Shown: positions 22,001 to 31,000 of the stretch, piece by piece
Position numbering within the stretch: position 1 is the stretch's first letter
Layout: every line of letters begins with the position of its first letter
Source: a virus
DNA: 64,000 nt
Strand: one strand, 5' to 3'
Virus record (IMG/VR): IMGVR_UViG_3300050343_000182
The notes under the pieces: model-generated
What the model saw: only the letters and a program-made list of their open reading frames with translations
Databases searched by the model: none
Told to the model about the DNA's origin: nothing
Program-made: the position numbers and the translations under genes

Positions 22001-25000
22001 GTCTTCCATGGTGTTGCTACCAACAGATTCAAAGATGCCTCGGCAATGATCCTTGGTAACAAAGATCAAATCATTGATTTTGCTGAAGCAGAAATTGCTG
22101 TCAAGCACCCCAGATTCTACTTCCCTGGTGATATCATTACCAACTCCTGGAGTAGGTATTCTGACGCATATCGTTTGATCCAGAAAAATAAATCATACAT
22201 TGCTAATAAGGCATACGATGAGATGATGACGCAATATACGTCACTCACCGTTCCTGATCCTAATAAGTGCATCCGTGACCTTGAGTTGTATATCGATGCT
22301 ATCTCCATTGACATTTTCCGTGGTGGTAATGTCTATACTCGTAAACTTTGTGCCAAGTATTTTGATGTAGATGGCAACTTTGTGTATGTCAACAATGAGT
22401 CTGCTGAGACTCGTTATGGATTTGAAAAAGCAAAAGACATGATGAAGTTGGCAATCGTCAACAATCTGACTAATAGTTTCACTGTGCCAAGTGGTCAACC
22501 TAATCAAGGTATCACTTACGTTCCTTGGAGCGAGGTAGATCATGGTGGTTATGATGGCAACGGTATCACTGCTGACCCATCACCTAACGATCCTTATGGC
22601 ACTAACGGTGCTAACCAGTCTAACAATGGCACTGACAACTGCAGCGATGTCCAAGCAGCAATCACCACTCTCTATGATGTGGTTGATGAGACTCTGCTGA
22701 ATGGCACGCTGGTTGACCTCCCTGATGAGTCGAAAGGCACCTATTCTCCTGGTCAAATCAAGTGTCGTCGTGACATCGGTCTGATGATCGATGCCTTGGC
22801 AGAAGACGTTTCTCAGGGTGGTAACTACAACATCATCGAATTCACTAAGAAGTATTTCGATGCTGCTGGAGCACCTATTGCTAACGGTCTAATCGGTGAG
22901 TATGCAGAATCTCTGACTGCTATCGATAAGGCAATGCACTTGTCCTTCCAGGCAATCAACAACCTCCTCTATTATCAAGTCAATTCCAGGACTTCTGTCA
23001 CTGGATTCATGCTGAAAGATCCTACAACATATCAAGGATCCTACAGCGGTGGTGAAGATGACCTGCAAGAATTCGATGTGTCTGCTGCAGTCTACACACC
23101 TTCAAATGGTCAAATGGTTCTTACCATTGGCACTCACTCACTGACAACTTCGGATACTGTTACGATCCGTCCACACTCTCTGAAGTTTACTTGTGATTCG
23201 GATAACGATGCATCCTTCCACGACTATCCTCGTGCTGGAGATCCTGCATTCAACACTCCTCTTGCTATTAGTGCTGAGACTGGCACTACAATCACAGTCA
23301 ACGTTGGCGCATCTCCTCTGGTCCAATTCACACCAACTGCTGCTACCTACAATCCAGCAACGGGTGATATGGTATTGACTATTGGATCCCACAGTCTTGA
23401 AATCAATGACTATGTGACTATTGCTAACGATTCGTTGGTATTCACATGTGATATGGATGCTAATGGCACCACTCACACATATCCTAGATCTACTGACCCT
23501 GCATCTGGCAAGCGTCTGTTTATCCATGGTGCTGATGCAACCACCATTACGGTTAACGTTGCAGCATCTCCTGCTGATCAGCAGTATGCTCACACATTCG
23601 TTTCTGCTTCTGCCAATTCAGTCAGTAGTGGCGGTGGATATACACATACATTCGTCAAGGGACTGGATAATGCAGTCTTCACTGGCGGTGGCACAACTGC
23701 CAAGTATTTCGACCCTAATTACTACTCAGGCCGAAATGAAACAATCCAGAATTGTGCTAACGTCCAGGCATATATCGCTACGCTCGTAGACATCTCTACG
23801 ACTGCGATTGCAGCACAAAATCTCAATAATATTAACGCTCTCGCAAGCATCACTGATGGCACCTTCGTTGCTGGTGAAAACATCCGCACCACGAAGATTG
23901 CATATAAGGATCGTGCGGGTGGTTTGTTTATCGTTGGCGACACCATTACTGGTATTACTAGCGGTGCCCAATTTGAAGCAATTGGATCTAACTCTGGTTT
24001 GAAGTGGATCTTTGCTGACGCTGTTACTGGATCATTCCAGGATGGTGAGTATATTACCAACTCCACCACTGCTAACCAAAACGGTGTTTCTCTAAGTGTT
24101 ATCGAGAAATACAAGAGACTTAGCGGTAAGAAGTCTATCAAATTCCCATCTACTGGATATTTGGTCACTAAAGATAGTTACGACTTCTCCTTCGGCAATA
24201 CTGCAGACTTTACTGTCCAAGGTTGGTTTAGAGCAGATAACCTGAGCACAACTCAGCATCTGTTTGACTTCCGTCGTCTGTCTGCTACCGCTGGTTTGAG
24301 AATTACTCTGCAGACTTCTGGTGCAATCACTGTCTACAACGGCACATCTCAACTGCTGACTGGTGGCACGCTGCTTGCTAATAACTGGCATCACGTTGCA
24401 GTTGTCAGGACTACTAGCGTCTTACAACTCTATGTTGATGGCGTGCAGGTTGGTGGCAACTACGCTGATACCAACGATTATGGTTATGCTGCTATCTACG
24501 TCGGCGCTGACTTCAACGCTGCCAATCAGTTTACTGGTTACATGGACAACGTGGTTGTTAAGAATGGAGAGTCCGACTTCAACACTGGATTCGTGCCTCC
24601 TACTCAGATCGACTACTCTAACCAGTATGTGAAGTTTGGTCTTGACGGTGAGCAACCATTCGTCATGGATAATCAGGAAACATATGCTATCTACACTGGT
24701 CAGCGTATCTCCTCTGCTGCTATCAAGGAACTTAACTACGATCAAAACTTTGCAATCATTGAAAACGTTGATCTTGGTAGATCAGATCACAGAAACTGTG
24801 CTGATATTATCGATCTTAACGCTGCCTGGATTGCTGAAGAAGCAGTCGGTAGAATGGAAGCAGCATTCCCTGATTTTGTCATCCCAGGCAACAACGTGGC
24901 CGAAGGTAGTTATGGTGGCACCAACAAGTGTATCAGGGATACTAAAGACTACATCATCGGCGCTCTTGTCAAGGACTTGAGAGACGGTGGTAACTACAAC

Positions 25001-28000
25001 TCACTATACACCGCTCGTACTTACCTCGAAGCATCAGGCAAACTGAAGCACGTTGGTAACGAGATTCTACAAACTCTGTATGCATGGGATCAGGCATTCG
25101 TCCTTTGTAAGTATGTAATTACTACAACTGACACAACTCTGACTGGCACCTATACAAACAGATTGAGACTTCCCAACAACTTCGCAACTCCTGCATCTCA
25201 ATCCATCCAAGATGAGTTTGATACTCTGGGTCGTGAAGTGCTAGAAGTCCTTGCACCTAATCCTGATATTTTCAGAGACACTGGTGTCTTGGTCTGGAAA
25301 AACCGCGACTATATCGCAGAAGAAGTTGCTGGATACATCCTTAATAAGTATGAGATTGACCTCAATGGCACGCTCACACAGTTCTTGGAAATGCCTGGTT
25401 ATGGTCAACCATACTGCGAGAGGGATGTTAAGCAATTCATTCTCCCTGCTGTGATTGCTGACCTTTGCACGGGTGGCACATACAATGTGGAAGCAGTCAT
25501 TGATAATTATCTGGATGATCAAAACAACATCCTTCATGTTGAGCATGAGTTGAATCCAATGCTTGATGCATTCCATCATGCCAAGTATCTCACACAGAAA
25601 GCAGGTAACAACTTGCTCCTTTCTCCTGGAGAAGTTTCTGGAGATCTTGGTATCCCAGCATGGGCACAAGATGATTACCATACACCTCTGTATACTTCCC
25701 GTGGTGCATTTAGAGATGATACCATCATTATCGATGATGAAGGATATCCTCAGGATAACGTTTCTAACTGGAATCGTTATAAGGATGCTACCAATGCTAT
25801 CGCGGCAAACATTGATCTGATTGCACATGAGGCAGTCGAGACAATGAATGACATGTCCAAGTATGCCCTATTCCAAATCAAGGGTGGTCCTGTTAACTGT
25901 AGTGATGACGTTAAGGATATCCTTAAGGCTCTTGTCCATGACCTCAACTACAACTGTAATGAAAGAACATGGGATGCTGCAAATCTCTACGTTGAGCCAG
26001 AGAATAATTCTCTGAAGCACATCGAAGACGATTGGGAAGCAACTGTCTCCGTCATGAAAATTGTTAAGGATATTGCAACCATAACCATGAGAAATGGTTT
26101 CGGTAGAGATTATATCCCTGGCAACGATCCTAATAACGTTGATCCTTCTACATACGAGGCAAATCCCAAAGAGCAAATCTTTGCTGATTGTGCCGATGCT
26201 ATTGATGCAAACATTCGTTGGATTGCTGAGCAAGCAGTTAAGGCAGGTCAGACACAGTATCCTTCACTGAGTATTAACGGTGGAATTTACGGTGGTCAGC
26301 AATACACTCCATCGGATGCAACTTACATTGCATCAAGTGGTGAGATGGTCATTACCATGGCAGGTCATGGTTTGGTTACAGGTAACAGAGTTACCGTTAG
26401 ACCTGATTCTATTGGATTTACATGCACACTTGATGGTAACAACGTTACCAACTACTATCCCCGTAAAGGTGACCCTGCATACACCACATCTAGATTAATT
26501 ACTGCACATACCACTGATACGATTACGATCAACGTTGGTGCATCTCCTGCAGGTGAGCAATATACTCATACCTTTGTCAATGCACATGAAGGTGCTGTTG
26601 TTTCTAACGGTAGCATCGATTGCGTCCATGACGTGACTGACATCCTCAGAGCACTGGTCTTCAACCTCAAGTACGATGGAGACAACTGGATCAACTGGGT
26701 ATCTGAGTTCTATACAACATACAGTGGATCTCTCGCACACGTTACATCTCTGGCAACAGAGGTAAATTGGATTCTGGAAGAAGCGAAGAGGCTTGTGAAG
26801 CGTGCAATGCGTGGTCAAATTATTACTAACGTTGCATCATACAGCGGTGGCGTCCAGGCATTCTCCGAGGCAGTCCCCAAACCTACTACGGTGCTCCGCA
26901 ATTCATTGGTTGATGAGGGTATCACTCTTGGTGGAGATTACAATAACGTCGTTACTCGCACATTTACCAACGGCACAAACAACATTGCAAGTGGATCTGC
27001 TTCTGCAACTGGTATTACCAATGACGAAGATCTGGTTTGTAGTTGTGTAACCGTGCTTCCTGCTGGCACACCTAGCGATGGCGTCCTCTGGGAGCTTGGT
27101 GGAAACGGTGCTGGTGCATTCATTGGTATCAGAGACAGCGGCACATACCTCCGTCTCCGTGCTGGTAATGGTGCTAACTCCTATGCAGGTGGTGCATCTA
27201 CTGCTAGCGACAACGGTCTTGCACTCCTTGATGTCCAAGTCTCTACTCTCTCAGATTACTTCGATGGTGGTGAGCATGAGATCACTTGGGAAATTAGAGT
27301 TGGCGGCACAGTTGCTTCTGGATCTGGTCGTGTCAAACTCTGGATTGACGGCAACCTTATTGGTGAAGCTTCAACTCCTGGACTAAACACTGGTCTTTAT
27401 GAGGCAGGTGGATTGCTGGCAGGGGGATCTACTGGTGGTTTTGCCACAATGTCTTCTGACAGCACCGTCCCACAAGGAGAGCCTACAGCATCATGGGCAT
27501 ACACAACAGGTGATATGTCATACTACAGATCACGTCTGGTCGATCCTATCTACACAGGTAGTGAGTCTGATAATGTTGCAACCGAAGTTGATACTCTAAT
27601 GCAACTGGTCACAGATGCAATTAGCAATCCTGCTGATGTTACAAACCGCGTTAGCATCCTACCTAAGATCTGGCCTATTAAATATACGCCTGATATTGCG
27701 GTTAGGGACACTGGTCTTACCTACGACTCCTCTGCTGCTGAGTGGAATCAGACTTGTGCTGAAGTTGCTTCTGCTATCGATACACTTCTTGAGATTTACA
27801 TCGATACAATTGAAAACGCAGCAAACAACAACACAAATCAGTTGGATTCCATCGTTAGGACAACTAGACTTGACGCTTACACAAATAGCAACTATCAGCA
27901 AGGTACATGTGAAGGACCACAATCCGCGATCGACACCTTGTTTGACATCATGGTTGATACTCTTGGCGCTGGATTAAATACCGACAAATCTATCGCTAAC

Positions 28001-31000
28001 ATGCTGCTCTTTAACAAAGATGCTATCGCACAGAGAGCGTTTGATGAAACTGTGACTTACTATGGCACCACTGAAATGACAGTGGACTTCTGTGCTGACA
28101 TCCTCAAGGCAGTCAGATATGACATGATCACTGGCGGTAACGCAGGTGCATTTAGACTGGTCCAAAACTGGTTTGACGGTGAAGGGAACTTCATTGCATT
28201 CCAGGATATAGCTCGCACACACTTGATCTATGCAAACACTCGCGTGCGTGAGTATATCAAGTCTGTGTTGTATCAGTTGACTGAAGATCCTGGTTGGACA
28301 ACCTACAATACCTATCAGTTAGGTATCGATGGTCGTTTGGATTACAACCGTGAGGCATCTGAATTTATCATTGACTCCTCTATCAATGCCATTGAGTATT
28401 CATTAGAGACATCTAAATTCCCAACAGAAGGTAGCGTTACTTGGGTCCCAAGTAGCGATGCAGTTAACATCAACACCAAGTATGAATTGGGTTATGACTA
28501 TAACACTGATCCTGCTCTGGTTACTCTTACTCCTATCGTCCCCGTTGGTTTCGACCGCGCTGAATATAGAGTCAGAATTAACCGCGTTAACTCCTTCCGT
28601 CGTGGTGACATCCTACAGTATATCCCAGCATCTGAGACTTCAGTCGCAGCATTTACTGGTCAGACGTACTGGTATGTGATGACTGCCACTGCACAGTGGT
28701 TTGAAGTTGGTGCTCACTACATGCACGATGGTAGATTTAGAAGAATTGAAGTTAACACTGCCAACACTGGTCAGCAGATCTTCTCCGTCGTCAGACGTAC
28801 TGGTATCGATAGGTCTGCTTCTCTCTTCCCAGCAGATCCTTCACAGACTCCTATCCAGGGTGGATTCAACCCCGCAGATGTTATCTACGGCACCACGTCT
28901 GAATCTTCATCTGAAGTTGGTAGCATCTCGCTCAACCAAGCAGAGATTAACAGACTCTATACTCGTTATAATCTGAATAACGTAAGTCAGAATCTGGGTG
29001 TTTATGAAAACTTCCAGAACGGTGAGCAAATCACAGTCCAATCAAATCCTGCTGTTTCTGGCATAATTCTCCAGTCTGATAGGACCGATAACGACGGTCT
29101 CAACTTCGTCAATCTAACTACTGTCGCGGGTGTGATCAACGTAGGCGATATCTTGGTTGGTGCTGATAGTGGCACGACTGCCGAAGTTACCTCCTTCGAT
29201 TCTCGCATGTTGATTAACGTTGAGAGAGGATCATTCGCACAGGGCGACTGGTTGTTTGACAAGGCATCTGCTACTGAGGCATACGCTAACACATATCTCA
29301 ATAAGTCTGGATCTCTTACAGGTAATGACGGTGGTCGTATTACGATTGACGTTGAAACCATCGGAGATGCATGGGATGCTGGCGATATCATCTACGGTAG
29401 CGTCACTGACTACATCCTCGAAATTAAGGGTCTCTCTGGCACACAGATTCAACTTAACCAGTATATCCACGGCACCAACATCTATCAGTTGGAGCTTGGC
29501 ACTGCAATCGTTGACACTGGCATTTCCGATACATTCCGTGTTGGTGATGAGGTCGTCCTCCTGCAAGGCACCACACTGAAGGATCCTGGGTTCCGTGCAA
29601 CGGTAACTGAATATATCAATGGCATCAACGCAGATCCTGCTGATCCAAACTATGGCATCCATCGCTTGTTTATCGGTAACTTGATTCCTATAGGCACGGG
29701 TGAAGATATCACTGCTCTTACCATTGGATCTAATAACATCGGTAAACTTGATCTTGGATCTAACTTCCCAAGCATCTACGCTAACGTTACCTCGGTCATA
29801 GACACTACATATAACTCCTACGGGCGCGTGGCTGCTATTGACCAGCAGGGTATCACAGCAACCGTCTGGTTGGAAAATGTCAAGGGTGACTTCCTTAACA
29901 ATATGACCGTCGTCTCCGACTATGGTTGGGGTGGTGTGGTTGCTAAGGCACGCACGCTTGAGGGTCGCGTTGATCGTTACTTCCGTGGTTTCGACGGTAG
30001 TCAGACACAGTTTGATCTCACGATCAGCAATGGTGAAGCATACTTCCCAGATCCCGCTGGTCACATGCTCATCTTCGTCAATGGCATCCTACAACCTCCT
30101 GGTGGTAACAACTCCTACGTTGCATTCTCAGACAAGATTAACTTCTCTGAGGCACCTGACATTGGATCTGAATTCGTTGGTTACTACGTTGGTAAACTCC
30201 GTCAGATGGACGATATCAGCTTCGAGTTTGACTCCTTGCGCTCGTCCTTCAACCTCAGACGTGAAGGTCTCTTCTACTCGCTGACTCTGACTGAAGGTGT
30301 TTCTTCTAACGTGATTCGCCCAGAAAACAACATCATCGTTTCACTCAACGGTATTATTCAAGAACCTGGCGTCGCATACGAGATCGTCGGATCTAGAATC
30401 ATCTTTGCTGAAGTGCCTCGCGCAGGATCAACCTTTGTTGGATTCTCCTACATTGGATCTGATACTGACGTGATCGCTGCAACCGTTGTGCCACCTGTGG
30501 AAGCAGGTGACAAACTTGAGATTGATGGTGAGGAATTCGCTCGTGACGTTGCTCTGATCGAATCTTCAAACTCCTTGATCACCTTTGAATACACAGGATC
30601 TGTTAAGGGACGTAACGCTGCTGCATTGGCAACAATCCGCTCTGGTCAGTTGAATAGTGCAATCCTCACCAACTCTGGCGATGGTTACACCTCACGCCCC
30701 AACGTGGACGTGATTTCATCCTCAGGTTTCGATGGTCGTATCAAGGCACTCATGGGTATCACACGCATTGACGTGAAGACCCCTGGTGTTTCTTATCTAC
30801 AACCATTAGTTGAGATTGACAATATTGTCCCAGACGACTTTGTTAATCCTTCAGGCACGCCTGTCAACGGTGGTAGAGATATCTACAACGCTGATGAGGC
30901 AATTGATGGCGACACCACTACGATTACTCCTGGCGCGATTGCGATCTCTCAGGATCCTGTAAACGTAACGGTTAACCAAGGTCAGACTGCATCCTTCACG

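Noticed and set aside
29231-30064. 277-aa minus-strand ORF, plus other long antisense ORFs (e.g. 20270-20911, 25241-25828, 3787-4296)
   Set aside because: They lie wholly antisense to large, motif-rich structural genes. Strong RNY codon bias (GGT, ACT, GAT) suppresses antisense stops; no RBS, late promoter or recognisable motifs.
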